DNA of 64,000 bases. Origin: an uncultured cyanobacterium. GTDB lineage: Bacteria > Cyanobacteriota > Cyanobacteriia > PCC-6307 > Cyanobiaceae. The stretch's first letter is position 1, and every line of letters begins with the position of its first letter. The stretch is taken from the NCBI GenBank assembly GCA_963697335.1, contig CAVONQ010000011.1, forward strand, positions 1 to 64,000, in the 5' to 3' direction. The notes under the pieces were generated by a model that was not told the origin of the DNA, searched no databases, and worked only from the letters and a program-made list of their open reading frames with translations. Of the stretch, positions 39,359 through 50,315 are shown piece after piece. The position numbers were made by a program, and so were the translations under genes.

Positions 39359-39589
39359 ATGCCCCTTGAGGATCCCAGCGCCGCCATCACGATTCAGCTG
39401 AACGGCGAAGCCCGCCGGGCACCGGCGGGCCAGAGCATCGAGCAGCTGCTGACCCAGCTGGGCTACCGCCCCCAGCTCGTGGTGGTGGAGTTCAACGGCA
39501 CGATCCTGCCGCGTCAGCACTGGGCTCAGCAGCAGGTGGTGGAATCCGATGTGCTGGAGGTGGTCACCATCGTGGGAGGTGGTTCCTAG
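39359..39589 (+). CDS. thiS: Sulfur carrier ThiS
   Basis: LNGE...VVEFNG...EVVTIVGGG. Confidence 0.9.
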   Translation: MPLEDPSAAITIQLNGEARRAPAGQSIEQLLTQLGYRPQLVVVEFNGTILPRQHWAQQQVVESDVLEVVTIVGGGS

Positions 39590-39614
39590 ATTTTTCGTAC
39601 TCGCACCGGCCCTG

Positions 39615-40610
39615 TTGCCGATCTCAGACTCCTCCCTGTCCACCACCCCTGCGCCCACCGGTCGGCCGCCCCAGCGCCGTGGCTTCTGGCGCCGCGCGGT
39701 GAGCCTGCTGGCCCTGCCGGCCCTGGTGATCACCCTGTTGCTCTGGGCGCCTGAACCCTCCATGGCGGCCCGGGGCGGCCGCATCGGTGGCGGCAGCTTC
39801 CGCGCCGCCCCCTCCATGCCCCGCGGTGGCGGTGGTGGCGGTTTCAGTGGCGGCTATCGCGGCGGCGGCGGCATGGGCGGGGGCGGCATCGGCTTCCCCT
39901 TCCTGATTCCGATGTTCGGTTTCGGCGGTGGCGGCCTGTTCGGCTTCCTGATCCTGATGGCGGTGGTGGGTCTGATCGCCAATGCCCTGCGGGGTGTCAG
40001 TGGCGGCAGCCCTTCCCTGCCGGGCGGCTCCGGCTATGCCCCCCGGGTGGATGGCCCTGTCACGATCAGCCAGCTGCAGGTGGGCCTGCTGGCCTCGGCC
40101 CGCGACCTCCAGACCGATCTGCGCGCCATTGCTGGCCGCGCCGACACCGGCTCCAGTGGCGGGCTGCAGACCGTGCTTCAGGAAACCACCCTGTCCCTGC
40201 TGCGCCATCCCGACCTGTGGGTCTACGCCAATGCGGAAGTGGGTCAGGTGCCCTTTGCCAGCGCCGAGTCCACCTTCAACCGCCTCTCGATGGCGGAGCG
40301 CAGCAAGCTCGACGCCGAACTCACCACCAACGTGGCGGGCCGCCGTTCCGACGCTGCCACCACGGCCGCCGGTGACAGCGATGCCGGCAGTGATTTCATC
40401 GCCGTGACCCTGATCGTGGCCTCGCGCCAGAAGCTCACGATCAAAGGGGCCTCCACGGCCGAAGAGCTGCGTCAGTCGCTGCAGGTGCTGGGGGGCATAG
40501 CCAGTGCCGATCTGCTGGCGATTGAGGTGATCTGGCAGCCCGATGGCAGCGGCGACGTGTTCAGCACCGAGGAGCTGCTCACCGCCTATCCCCAGCTCCA
40601 GCACCTCTGA
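39615..40610 (+). CDS. DUF1517 (FLAP1-like) protein
   Basis: ARGGRIGGGSFR Gly-rich region, LQVGLLA, LLRHP, EVIWQP. Confidence 0.85.
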   Translation: MPISDSSLSTTPAPTGRPPQRRGFWRRAVSLLALPALVITLLLWAPEPSMAARGGRIGGGSFRAAPSMPRGGGGGGFSGGYRGGGGMGGGGIGFPFLIPMFGFGGGGLFGFLILMAVVGLIANALRGVSGGSPSLPGGSGYAPRVDGPVTISQLQVGLLASARDLQTDLRAIAGRADTGSSGGLQTVLQETTLSLLRHPDLWVYANAEVGQVPFASAESTFNRLSMAERSKLDAELTTNVAGRRSDAATTAAGDSDAGSDFIAVTLIVASRQKLTIKGASTAEELRQSLQVLGGIASADLLAIEVIWQPDGSGDVFSTEELLTAYPQLQHL

Positions 40611-41292
40611 GGATGCGCAGGGCGGCCATGGCAGCCCCGTAGCCGTTGTCCACGTTCACCACGGTGAGCCCCGGCGCGCAGCTGGCCAACATGCCGTGCA
40701 GGGCCGCCATGCCGCCGGTGCTGACGCCATAGCCCACCGCCACCGGAACACCGATCACCGGCTGGGGCAGCAGGCCCGCCAGCACGGTGGGCAGGGCCCC
40801 TTCCATGCCGGCGCAGGCGATCAGCACCCGCATCGATCGCAGCAGGGGCAGCTGATCCAGCAGGCGGTGCAGCCCCGCCACGCCCACATCCAGCACCAAC
40901 TCGGCACCCACCCCATGGCAGTGCAGGGCCAGCAGCGCTTCGCTGGCCACGCCGAGATCACTGCTGCCGGCGCCCAGCACCGCCACCTGGGTGGTTGCGG
41001 TGCCGGAGGGGGCCAGGGCTGTGTCCGCTGATGCCGGCGCCGCGAAGGTGAGGCATCGGGCCTCGGGGTGATAGCGCAGGGCCGGGCTGCTCAGCAGGGC
41101 GTCCACGGCCTCGGCCTTCTGCGGTGACACTCTCGTCACCAGCAGCACCTCGCCGGCTGCCCAGAGCTTGGTGGCGATGGCGGCGATCTGCGCGGCGCTC
41201 TTGTGCTCGCCCCACACCGCTTCCACCATGCCGAGACGCTGGCGGCGCTCCAGATCCAGGCGGTGATCCAGGGGGGGCGAGGATTCGTTCAT
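40579..41292 (-). CDS. larB: LarB/CpmA AIR-carboxylase family protein
   Basis: EAVWGEHKS, AGSSD..VA.EA, DVGVAGLHRL, AGMEGALP, VNVDNGYGAA. Confidence 0.88.
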   Translation of the reverse strand: MNESSPPLDHRLDLERRQRLGMVEAVWGEHKSAAQIAAIATKLWAAGEVLLVTRVSPQKAEAVDALLSSPALRYHPEARCLTFAAPASADTALAPSGTATTQVAVLGAGSSDLGVASEALLALHCHGVGAELVLDVGVAGLHRLLDQLPLLRSMRVLIACAGMEGALPTVLAGLLPQPVIGVPVAVGYGVSTGGMAALHGMLASCAPGLTVVNVDNGYGAAMAALRILRGAGAGDRR

Positions 41293-41305
41293 GGCCGGGG
41301 TGGTG

Positions 41306-42151
41306 TCAGGGCTGGATCCACACCATCTCCACCAGGGCCGGCGTGATCCACAGGCTGGCGCGCCGCTGGGCCAGCTCCAGCTCGTTCAGCAGGGCCTGCT
41401 GCTCGGCGCTGGTCCACTGGCCGGCGCTGATCAGCTGATGGGGGTAGGAGTGCAGAAAGTCCCGCAGCCAGGCGGCCTTGGGGGCCTCTGCCGGGCAGCA
41501 GGCCATCAGGCTGCGGCAGTGCTGCAGCCGCAGTCCCCGTTGCTCCAGCAGCAGCGGCAGGCGAGCGGCCACATCGGGATCGCAGCCATGCTGGCGCCAG
41601 TGGCTGATGCAGCGCTGCACGAAGCGCTCGAGCATGGGCACCCCGGGCTGAACCGCAAAGGTGTCCCAGCGCACGTACTCGTGCAGCACCAGCCGCCCAC
41701 CGGGCCGGAGGGCGTGCTGCACCAGATCCAAGAGGGGATCCAGCGAGGGTAGAAACATCGCCAGCCAGCGGCACCAGGCCCCATCCCAGCGGGCTGCGCC
41801 CAGGGCGGAAGGGGGCGGCTGGGGCTGGCCCAGGTCGAGCTGAAGCCCCTGCAACTGGTCCAGCTGCTGGCTGCGGGCCTGCTCCTGCAGGTGCTGGAGA
41901 AAGCGCTCGGAGCGGTCAATGCCGAGCACCGTGCCCTGCGGCCCCACCAGCCGGGCCAGATCCACGCTGGCGCAACCAGGGCCGCAGCCCAGATCCAGCA
42001 GCCGATCGCCACGGCTGAACCCGGCCCGCAGCCAGGCCGCCCCGCAGTCGTCGCGCCAGATCGCGTGCTGGCGGCCAAGCCGCTCCACCTCCTCGGGATC
42101 GCAGCCCAGCACGTACTCCTCGCGGAGGGCCGTTGGGAGGGCTTCAGCCAT
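41306..42151 (-). CDS. Class I SAM-dependent methyltransferase
   Basis: YVLG...E..RL..QH, LDLGCGPG, LRPGG. Confidence 0.85.
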   Translation of the reverse strand: MAEALPTALREEYVLGCDPEEVERLGRQHAIWRDDCGAAWLRAGFSRGDRLLDLGCGPGCASVDLARLVGPQGTVLGIDRSERFLQHLQEQARSQQLDQLQGLQLDLGQPQPPPSALGAARWDGAWCRWLAMFLPSLDPLLDLVQHALRPGGRLVLHEYVRWDTFAVQPGVPMLERFVQRCISHWRQHGCDPDVAARLPLLLEQRGLRLQHCRSLMACCPAEAPKAAWLRDFLHSYPHQLISAGQWTSAEQQALLNELELAQRRASLWITPALVEMVWIQP

Positions 42152-42611
42152 CACCAGGGGTGTCGCGCTGGTGTGGGGGCTGAAGTTGCGGCTGGAGCTC
42201 GGCTGCGTACAGCAGCGGAAAGGGATTGGCCGCGGCGCTGCCGGTGAGCTCCCTGGCCAGCCGCTCAAAACGCTCCTGCACCGCGCCCACTTCGGCCATC
42301 GGGATGGCCTTCCACTGCTCCAGGCTGGCCCAGCCGATCAGCAGGGTGCCCTCCTGCCGCTCTGGATCCCAGAACAGCTGCCGCCCCAGAAAGCCCTCCT
42401 GCTGGTTCAGCCAGGGCCCCCAGCTGGCCGCTTCGGCTTCCAGCCAGGCCTCGCGGTGCTGGGCCGGCACCCCCAGGCGCAACAGCTCCATCACGCCAGG
42501 CTCGGCCATGGGGTTTTGGGAGGATGGGCTCATGGGGCCACGGGCCGCGGCGGGGGAGCTGAGTCCGCCGAGCAGTGCGGCCAGCAGCAGCACCAGCAAC
42601 AGCCGCCGCAT
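42144..42611 (-). CDS. TIGR03792-family cyanobacterial protein (ABM-like)
   Basis: ELLRL.VP, W..WL..Q.GFLGRQLFWD, W.S.EQWKAIP. Confidence 0.8.
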   Translation of the reverse strand: MRRLLLVLLLAALLGGLSSPAAARGPMSPSSQNPMAEPGVMELLRLGVPAQHREAWLEAEAASWGPWLNQQEGFLGRQLFWDPERQEGTLLIGWASLEQWKAIPMAEVGAVQERFERLARELTGSAAANPFPLLYAAELQPQLQPPHQRDTPGDG

Positions 42612-42673
42612 GGCACTCGGCAGGAAGCCCAACCTAGGCAGAACGCCCCTTGGTGCTGGGGGGTAGGGCACGG

Positions 42674-43171
42674 TCATGGTCGCTCCAGCAGGGCCACGGC
42701 GTGGCAGGAGATGCCCTCCTCGCGGCCCTCGGCGCCGAGCCGCTCATTGGTGGTGGCCTTGACGCCCACCTGGTCGTGCTCGAGGCCGAGTCGGCCGGCG
42801 ATGGCGGCCCGCATGGCCGGGATGTGGGGCTTGAGCTTGGGCCGCTCCGCTACCACCACACTGTCCAGATTCACGATCCGCCAGCCCCGCTCCCTCACCA
42901 AGGCCATCACCTGCTCCAGCAGCACCAGGCTGTCGGCCCCTTTCCAGCGGTCGTCCTCCGGTGGAAAGTGCTGGCCGATGTCGCCAAGGGAGAGGGCCCC
43001 TAGCAGGGCATCCATGATGGCGTGCACGAGCACATCGGCGTCACTGTGGCCGTCGAGGCCGAGGCCCTGCGGATGTTGGAGGCTCTGGCCCCCCAGGATC
43101 AGGGGCCGCCCCGGCACCAGGCGGTGGATGTCGTAGCCGTTGCCGATCCGCAGGGCCAGGGGGTTTGTCAT
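42674..43171 (-). CDS. ispF: 2-C-methyl-D-erythritol 2,4-cyclodiphosphate synthase
   Basis: [26 protein letters not shown]. Confidence 0.96.
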   Translation of the reverse strand: MTNPLALRIGNGYDIHRLVPGRPLILGGQSLQHPQGLGLDGHSDADVLVHAIMDALLGALSLGDIGQHFPPEDDRWKGADSLVLLEQVMALVRERGWRIVNLDSVVVAERPKLKPHIPAMRAAIAGRLGLEHDQVGVKATTNERLGAEGREEGISCHAVALLERP

Positions 43172-43249
43172 GGCGTCCACAAGCGGGGCAGGGCGTTGCC
43201 GCGAGTCTGCTCCGACCCCCTGGGGAACGCCCCCTGGCGGCGCACTGGT

Positions 43250-43840
43250 TCAGGCCTTGAGGCGAGACAGCACCTGCTTTTTGAATTTGTCATCACTGAA
43301 TCCAGCCGCCTGATTGACCGTCACCGAGAGGGATGCCGCTGCCTTGGCAGTAGCGCCAGCGGCCTTGGCCGCCGCCAGAGGCTCCGGAACCATGTTGACC
43401 ATCCAGGAGCTGAACGGAATGCCAGCACGAAGCTGATCAAGGATTCCCTTGAGAAACAGCTCACACACCAGCCTCACCTGGGCCTCGGGAAGCTTGGTCT
43501 GCTCAGCAATTTCCTTGCAATAGGAGGCCAGAAACTTTGGTTTTGCGGTAGAAGCCGGGGCCATGAGGGAAGGAGATGGAGGTGTCGGGGATGGTGAACG
43601 CTGCGGTTCAGAGGGAGTGATCGACGCCGCGCTGATGACGATCGGATCACTGATGGGCTTAGGGGCGCTGCCGCTGTTCAGACCATCCGGTTTCGGTGGG
43701 TCTGAAGGGACCTCAGAGGCATGGGCTTCGGGGGGGATGGCTGTTGCTTGCTTTCCGTTGGGAGGTTTCAGAAAGCCCTTGATCAGGAACTTGATTCTGC
43801 TCTTGATTCGGCCAACGATTGATGGCTTGTCGAGGCTCAT
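43250..43840 (-). CDS. Hypothetical protein with Pro/Ser linker and HU/IHF-like helical C-terminal region
   Basis: [31 protein letters not shown] resembles the HU alpha1-alpha2 helices. GC is lower than in the flanks. Confidence 0.5.
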   Translation of the reverse strand: MSLDKPSIVGRIKSRIKFLIKGFLKPPNGKQATAIPPEAHASEVPSDPPKPDGLNSGSAPKPISDPIVISAASITPSEPQRSPSPTPPSPSLMAPASTAKPKFLASYCKEIAEQTKLPEAQVRLVCELFLKGILDQLRAGIPFSSWMVNMVPEPLAAAKAAGATAKAAASLSVTVNQAAGFSDDKFKKQVLSRLKA

Positions 43841-43901
43841 CGGTTCATGGCTTCTGCTCTGCAACCCTATCCAGGGCCCTGGTCCAACGCCTGGTTGGGA
43901 G

Positions 43902-44363
43902 TCAGTTCCCTGACCCACCAGGCAGCTCGCCTGGAGCCGCCTCAGCCAGCACCTGCAGACGGTTGCCGTCGCGCCCCATCACGGTCACCGTGCTGCCAGG
44001 CGCCAACGGCCGGCTGGCCTCAAGGTTGGTGGCGGCCCAGCTCTGGCCCTGCCAGCGCACCCTCCCCTCTGCCGCGCCCTCAAAGCCGCTGATCACGGAG
44101 GCCCGCTGGCTGTGGCCGCTGGCCGGGATCGAGCGTTCGCGGCTGCGCCGCTCCCAGCCCCGCAGCGCCAGCAGCCCCAGGCCGCTGAGCAGGGCGAAGG
44201 CCGCCACCTGCAGCAGCGGTGGCCAGGGCAGCAGGGCACTCAGCACCGATACCACCAGGGCCGCGACCGCCGCCTCCAGCAGACCGTCGAATTCAGCACC
44301 CATGCCCTCGAGCCCCAGCAGGGCCAACCCCACCAGCAGCCAGATCACCGATGCCAGTGCCAT
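43902..44363 (-). CDS. NfeD-like (short) membrane protein
   Basis: N-terminal TMs plus OB fold GRVRWQGQSWAA...V.VMGRDGNRL.V. Confidence 0.85.
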   Translation of the reverse strand: MALASVIWLLVGLALLGLEGMGAEFDGLLEAAVAALVVSVLSALLPWPPLLQVAAFALLSGLGLLALRGWERRSRERSIPASGHSQRASVISGFEGAAEGRVRWQGQSWAATNLEASRPLAPGSTVTVMGRDGNRLQVLAEAAPGELPGGSGN

Positions 44364-44500
44364 GGGTCAAGGGCTGGGACAGAACCATGCTGGCCTGTTC
44401 CCGGGTCGGCCGGCGCGCCTAGCCTGGGCAGTGGCAGGTGTGCCTCGGCGTGATGCCTGATCTGGCACGGTGCCCGCCTCTCCTTAGCCCCCTCCCCTCC

Positions 44501-45382
44501 ATGGAAGCCCTGTTCAGCCTGCCGGCCCTGGTGGTGATGGCCTTTCTGGGCTTCAACAGCGTCAAGGTCACGAGCGGCGGCCAGTCGCGGCTGGTGGAGC
44601 GCCTCGGCAAGTACGACCGCCAGCTGCAGCCAGGCCTCTCCTTCGTGGTGCCGGTGGTGGAGAAGGTGGTGAGCCACGAGTCGCTCAAGGAGCGGGTGCT
44701 CGACATCCCGCCCCAGCAGTGCATCACCCGCGACAACGTGTCGATTGAGGTGGATGCAGTGGTGTACTGGCAGCTGCTGGAGCACTCCAGGGCCTACTAC
44801 GGCGTTGACAACCTCCAGGCCGCCATGGTGAACCTGGTGCTCACCCAGATCCGCGCCGAGATGGGCAAGCTCGACCTCGATCAGACCTTCACCACCCGCC
44901 AGGAGGTGAATGAGGCCCTGCTGCGCGAGCTGGATCTGGCCACCGACCCCTGGGGCGTGAAGGTGACCCGGGTGGAACTGCGCGACATCCGTCCCTCCTC
45001 CGGGGTGCAGCAGGCGATGGAGCAGCAGATGACGGCCGAGCGCGAGAAGCGCGCCGCCATCCTGCGCTCTGAGGGGGTGCGCGACAGTGAACTCAACGCC
45101 GCCCGGGGCCGGGCCGAGGCGCTGCTGCTGCAGGCCGAGGCGGAGGCCAAGCAGCAGCGCCTGCAGGCCGAGGCCCGCGCTGCGGCGGCCACCCGGCTGG
45201 CCGAGGCGATCGAGGCCAATCCAGCCGCCGCCGAGGCCCTGCGCCTGCTTCTGGCCAGTGACTGGATGGCCATGGGCGAACAGATGGCCCACGCCAAGGG
45301 CGGCAGCGTGCTGATGGTGGACCCCCAGAGCCCGGCCGCCCTGCTCACGGCCCTCAGGGGTCTCCAGAACGGCCAGGGCTGA
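44501..45382 (+). CDS. SPFH/stomatin-like (band 7) protein
   Basis: VERLGKY, ITRDNV...VDAV, WGVKVTRVE, QMTAEREKRA. Confidence 0.92.
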   Translation: MEALFSLPALVVMAFLGFNSVKVTSGGQSRLVERLGKYDRQLQPGLSFVVPVVEKVVSHESLKERVLDIPPQQCITRDNVSIEVDAVVYWQLLEHSRAYYGVDNLQAAMVNLVLTQIRAEMGKLDLDQTFTTRQEVNEALLRELDLATDPWGVKVTRVELRDIRPSSGVQQAMEQQMTAEREKRAAILRSEGVRDSELNAARGRAEALLLQAEAEAKQQRLQAEARAAAATRLAEAIEANPAAAEALRLLLASDWMAMGEQMAHAKGGSVLMVDPQSPAALLTALRGLQNGQG

Positions 45383-45391
45383 TCCCAGGCC

Positions 45392-46084
<693 letters not shown>

Positions 46085-46089
46085 GGCCG

Positions 46090-46614
46090 TCAGCCGCCGC
46101 TGGCCGGCTGGCTCACCCGGCGGATCTCGGTGCTGAAGCTCGCCTGGCCCGGAGTGCCGTCGGCCTGGCGCTCCACCGTGCTGCGCAGGCGCAGGTTGGG
46201 CTTGGTGAACCAGATGCGCTCGCGCACCTCGCGATCCCCCTGGCTGAACCACAGCTCCAGGCTGCCATCGGGCCACAGTTCCCAGTGGCCCTCCAGGCTG
46301 CCGCCAGAGCCGGCTGTGCCGGAACCGGTTGCAGCCGGGCTGCTGCTGAAGCGGCCATCGGCGCGGAACAGCAGCTCCCGCGATGGCGCGTTCCTGGGCC
46401 CCACCCGCAGGCCGCCGGGGCCGTCGCTGCTTGGCTCCAGGAAGGTCACCAGCAACTCACCGCGCTCGCTGCTGTGCCATTCATCGCCATTGGCTCCTTC
46501 CTCCTCCACAACCTCGCCGAGGGCAAACTGGCTGCGCAGGCCCATCCACTCGCCGGCGCAGAAGCGCAGGAAGGCTCCGATCTCCTCGGGCGGAAAGGCT
46601 GGGGTGTCGCTCAT
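46090..46614 (-). CDS. CpcS/CpeS-family phycobiliprotein lyase-like protein
   Basis: GEW..LRS, RERIWFTKPNLRLRS, SFSTEIRRV. Confidence 0.8.
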   Translation of the reverse strand: MSDTPAFPPEEIGAFLRFCAGEWMGLRSQFALGEVVEEEGANGDEWHSSERGELLVTFLEPSSDGPGGLRVGPRNAPSRELLFRADGRFSSSPAATGSGTAGSGGSLEGHWELWPDGSLELWFSQGDREVRERIWFTKPNLRLRSTVERQADGTPGQASFSTEIRRVSQPASGG

Positions 46615-46651
46615 GGATCCATCCTCTCAGCCGCCTGCCCCTGGGTTGCCC

Positions 46652-47722
46652 TCAGTCGCCCCGGTAGCCGAGTTCGGCCAGGCGGGCGGCGTTGCGACGC
46701 CAGCCCGGCACCACCTTCACGAACAGCTCCAGGTAGACGGGGCCGGAGAACACCTTCTCCATCTGCAGCCGGGCCCCCTGGCCGATGGTCTTGAGCATGC
46801 GGCCGCCCTTGCCGATCAGGATGCCCTTCTGGCTGGAGCGCTCCACCAGCACGGTGGCCAGCACCGCGGTGCGGGGGCCGTCGTCCACCACCCGATCGAT
46901 GCTCACGGCCACGGAGTGGGGCACCTCCTCGCGGGTGTGGGTGAGCACCTGTTCGCGGATCAGCTCCGCCATCAGCAGCTGCTCGGGCTGATCGCTCACC
47001 GCATCGGCCGGGTACAGCTGGGGGCCGGGGGGCAGGGCCTGGCTGAGGGCCTCCACCAGCTCCGTGGTGCCCTCGCCGCTGAGGGCGCTCACCGGGTGCA
47101 GGGGCCAGGCGAGCGTTTCGCTTCCCCCGGGGGTGGCGAAATCCCCCCGACCGGCCAGCAGGTCGCGGTAGCTGCCCGCCAGGGCCGCGGCCTGATCGGG
47201 CGGCACCAGATCGTGCTTGTTCAGGGCCAGGTGCACCGGGGCGCGGCAGTGGCGCAGCAGCTCCACGATGAAGCCATCGCCGCGGCCGGCGGGCTGGCTG
47301 CCGTCCACCAGCAGCAGCACCACATCCACCTCGCCGATGGCGCTGCGGGCGGTCTTCACCAGGCGCTCCCCCAGCAGATGGTGGGGCTTGTGGATGCCGG
47401 GGGTGTCGAGCAGCACCAGCTGGGCTGCCGGAGTGGTGAGGATCGCCCGCAGCCGGTTGCGGGTGGTCTGGGCCACCGGCGAGGTGATCGCCACCTTTTC
47501 CCCCACCAGCTGGTTCAGCAGGGTGGACTTGCCCACGTTGGGGCGACCTACCAGGGCCACGAAGCCGGAGCGAAACGGGCCGTCCGCGGGGGAGGGCTGC
47601 AGCATCCGGGCCGACTCGGCTGGATCCGGAATGGGAAGAAGCACCCCCTCGGCTTCAGCCGCGTGAGCAGCCGCTTCAGGGGCGGCGTTGCTGGACTCGC
47701 TGGAGGACACGGTGGCGGGCAT
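46652..47722 (-). CDS. era: GTPase Era
   Basis: GRPNVGKS, QTTR, DTPG, NKHD, EEVPHS and KH domain. Confidence 0.95.
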   Translation of the reverse strand: MPATVSSSESSNAAPEAAAHAAEAEGVLLPIPDPAESARMLQPSPADGPFRSGFVALVGRPNVGKSTLLNQLVGEKVAITSPVAQTTRNRLRAILTTPAAQLVLLDTPGIHKPHHLLGERLVKTARSAIGEVDVVLLLVDGSQPAGRGDGFIVELLRHCRAPVHLALNKHDLVPPDQAAALAGSYRDLLAGRGDFATPGGSETLAWPLHPVSALSGEGTTELVEALSQALPPGPQLYPADAVSDQPEQLLMAELIREQVLTHTREEVPHSVAVSIDRVVDDGPRTAVLATVLVERSSQKGILIGKGGRMLKTIGQGARLQMEKVFSGPVYLELFVKVVPGWRRNAARLAELGYRGD

Positions 47723-47829
47723 GGTGCCCTCAGTCTGGGCATGGGCCGCGCCCGATGGCCCGGGGCGCGGACCTCGGGCCCGGATTCCATAACCTCAGAG
47801 ACCGCCGCACCCCTCACCTCGCGATCGCC

Positions 47830-48357
47830 ATGGCCACCCCCCCCCTTGAACCGAGTTTCCAGCAGGCCATGGAGATCACGGCCCAGTGGCTGGCGCTCTG
47901 GGACAACGGCGAACTCAGTGATGAGGTGCTCGCCGATCGCCTCGGGGAGCTGGTGGCGAGCCGGGATGGGGCCCGCGGCTTCTTCGTGGTGAGCCTGGTG
48001 GGCGACTGTCCACTGATGGACCGGCTGCCCGAGCCCCTGGTGCTGCAGCTGAGGGCTGCGGGGGCGGGGGTGGTGGATCTCACCGCCCGCAATCTGGCCA
48101 TGAGCACTGCCATGGCCCTCCACCACGGCCGTGCCGACGATGCCGAACAGCAACAGGCCTCGCTGCGGGTGGCCAGCCGCTGCACCGAGCTGCTGCGCCT
48201 GCTGGAGCCCCTCAGTGTCAAGGAGCGGCTGGAAACGCTGCTGGCTGCCGCCGCCGCGGCAGAGGGTGAGGATGTGGCCTTTCTCGATCGCTGGGGTTAC
48301 GACGCCGAGCAGCGCCAGGCCATCGCCGCAGCGGTGGAGGCGGTTGCGGAGCCTTGA
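47830..48357 (+). CDS. Conserved cyanobacterial hypothetical protein
   Basis: GARGFFV, NLAMSTAM, FLDRWGYD.EQ. Confidence 0.72.
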   Translation: MATPPLEPSFQQAMEITAQWLALWDNGELSDEVLADRLGELVASRDGARGFFVVSLVGDCPLMDRLPEPLVLQLRAAGAGVVDLTARNLAMSTAMALHHGRADDAEQQQASLRVASRCTELLRLLEPLSVKERLETLLAAAAAAEGEDVAFLDRWGYDAEQRQAIAAAVEAVAEP

Positions 48358-48401
48358 GAGGCGAAGGACCGACTTCCCGAGTTCCTGAGGAGGTTCCCCA
48401 C

Positions 48402-48426
48402 AAAAAAGCGCCCCCTCAGGGGCGCT
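48402..48426 (-). terminator. Rho-independent terminator
   Basis: AGCGCCCC-CTCA-GGGGCGCT with an A6 tract (U-tract on the - strand) downstream of the BI-1 gene. Confidence 0.75.
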
Positions 48427-48471
48427 GGAAGCTTGCAAAGCTTGGGCTGAAGTTCAGTCGTGCACTGAGTG

Positions 48472-49206
48472 TCAGTCGCGGCGGCCGCCGCCCTGGAGGG
48501 CGATGATCAGGCGCAGGATGAAGATGAACAGGTTGATGTAGGTGAGATACATCCCCAGGGCACCGGCCAGGTACTGATCGTCGTTGTAGGTGCGGGGCAT
48601 CGTGTAGAAGTCCACGAAGGCCGCGCCGACGAACAGCACGGTGCCGAAGCCGGCGATCAGCAGCTCGAAGCCGTTGCCGCCGAAGCCGGGCACGAAGATG
48701 CCGCCGACGATCTGGACCACCATCGCGATCAGCAGGCCGACAATGCCCAGCCCCACCACGCCGCTGAGGGCCTGGCCGAGGCTGTCGCTCATGTTGCGCC
48801 CCACGATCGAGGCGATCACAAAGGTGATCCCTGTGGCCAGGGCGGCCGTGCCGATGGCTCCGATGCCGGCGGTGCCGATCGCCAACGCCACGATGCCACT
48901 GAGCGTGAAGCCAGTGATCAGGCTGTAGGCCGCAAGGATCGGCAGCGCGGTGGCGTTGTTGCCCTTCATCGCCGAGTTCTGGGCGACGAAGAAGAGGATG
49001 AAGTTGCCGATCAGGGCCACCCAGAAGAGCGGCATGAACAGGGCCTGGTTGGCGGCCATCAGGGCCAGGCCGCCGATCACCCCACCGGCGGTGAGGACCA
49101 TGCCACCACCCACGTAGGGAAGGGCCTTGTTGACCACATTGGGGCCCACCAGGGCGCTGGATTGCGCCTCGCGGATGGCCTCCTGGAAATTGCTGCTGGC
49201 CGGCAT
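48472..49206 (-). CDS. Bax inhibitor-1/YccA family membrane protein
   Basis: About 7 TM segments, with C-terminal LGMYLTYINLFIFILRL. Confidence 0.88.
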   Translation of the reverse strand: MPASSNFQEAIREAQSSALVGPNVVNKALPYVGGGMVLTAGGVIGGLALMAANQALFMPLFWVALIGNFILFFVAQNSAMKGNNATALPILAAYSLITGFTLSGIVALAIGTAGIGAIGTAALATGITFVIASIVGRNMSDSLGQALSGVVGLGIVGLLIAMVVQIVGGIFVPGFGGNGFELLIAGFGTVLFVGAAFVDFYTMPRTYNDDQYLAGALGMYLTYINLFIFILRLIIALQGGGRRD

Positions 49207-49295
49207 GACGCACCGGGAAATCGAACTGGGGTCATCCTGGCAGTGCCGGCGCCCCGGTGCCCGTCCCCCTAGGTCTCTGACAGGTGTGGATCTCC

Positions 49296-50315
49296 CTATG
49301 AGGTCCGCTTGGGAGCAGCTGGGCTCTGGCGGCGGGCATCGCACTGGGCGTAGGCGGTGACCAGCCGTTGCACCAGCGGGTGGCGCACCACATCCGCGGC
49401 CCCGAGGCGACAGATGGCGATGCCCTCGACCCCCTCCAGCACCTCGGCTGCCTCCTTCAGGCCGCTGGTGACCCCGGGCGGCAGATCCAGCTGGGTCGGG
49501 TCGCCGGTGACCACCATGCGCGAGTTCTCGCCCAGGCGCGTGAGCACCATGCGCATCTGGGCGGCGGTGGTGTTCTGGGCCTCATCGAGGATCACGAAGG
49601 CATCGGCCAGGGTGCGCCCGCGCATGTAGGCCAGGGGCGCCACCTCGATCACCCCCTTCTCCAGCAGGGCACTGGTGCGCTCCGTGCCCAGCAGGGCGTG
49701 CAGGGCGTCGTAGAGGGGGCGCAGGTAGGGATCCACCTTCTGCTGCAGGTCGCCGGGCAGAAAGCCCAGCCGCTCGCCGGCCTCCACCGCCGGCCGGGTG
49801 AGGATCAGCCGCTGCACCTTGCGGGCATTGAGCATGCGCACGGCCAGCACCGTGGCCAGAAAGGTCTTGCCGGTGCCGGCGGGGCCCAGGGCCAGGGTGA
49901 GGTCATGGCTCTCCATGGCCTCCACGTAGGCCTTCTGGCGCAGGGTGCGGGGCCGCAGCAGCTGGCCGCTCTGGCTTCTGGCCAGCACCTGCTCGCCCAG
50001 GGCCCGGTGCGCCTCGCCCTGGTTGGTGTCGAGGGCCTGCAGGGCCGTCTGCAGATCCACCGGGGTGATGGCCTGGCCTTCCTGCCAGAGGGGGCGCAGC
50101 ATGTCCACCAGGGTCTGGGCCCGCTCGAGCTGGCGGGGCCGGCCTCCGATCCACAGGTCGAGGCCATGCAGCACCAGCGAGGCCCCGGTGAGGGCTTCGA
50201 GCCTCCGCAACGTGACTTCCGCCTCACCGGCAAGCGCCAGGGCGGCAGCGGCATCAGGCAGGGCCACGGAGGCGCCGGTGCGGCCTCCGGGCTCTGCCGC
50301 AGGGCTGGGGCTCAA
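49296..50315 (-). CDS. phoH: PhoH-family ATPase
   Basis: [39 protein letters not shown]. Confidence 0.93.
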   Translation of the reverse strand: MSPSPAAEPGGRTGASVALPDAAAALALAGEAEVTLRRLEALTGASLVLHGLDLWIGGRPRQLERAQTLVDMLRPLWQEGQAITPVDLQTALQALDTNQGEAHRALGEQVLARSQSGQLLRPRTLRQKAYVEAMESHDLTLALGPAGTGKTFLATVLAVRMLNARKVQRLILTRPAVEAGERLGFLPGDLQQKVDPYLRPLYDALHALLGTERTSALLEKGVIEVAPLAYMRGRTLADAFVILDEAQNTTAAQMRMVLTRLGENSRMVVTGDPTQLDLPPGVTSGLKEAAEVLEGVEGIAICRLGAADVVRHPLVQRLVTAYAQCDARRQSPAAPKRTS

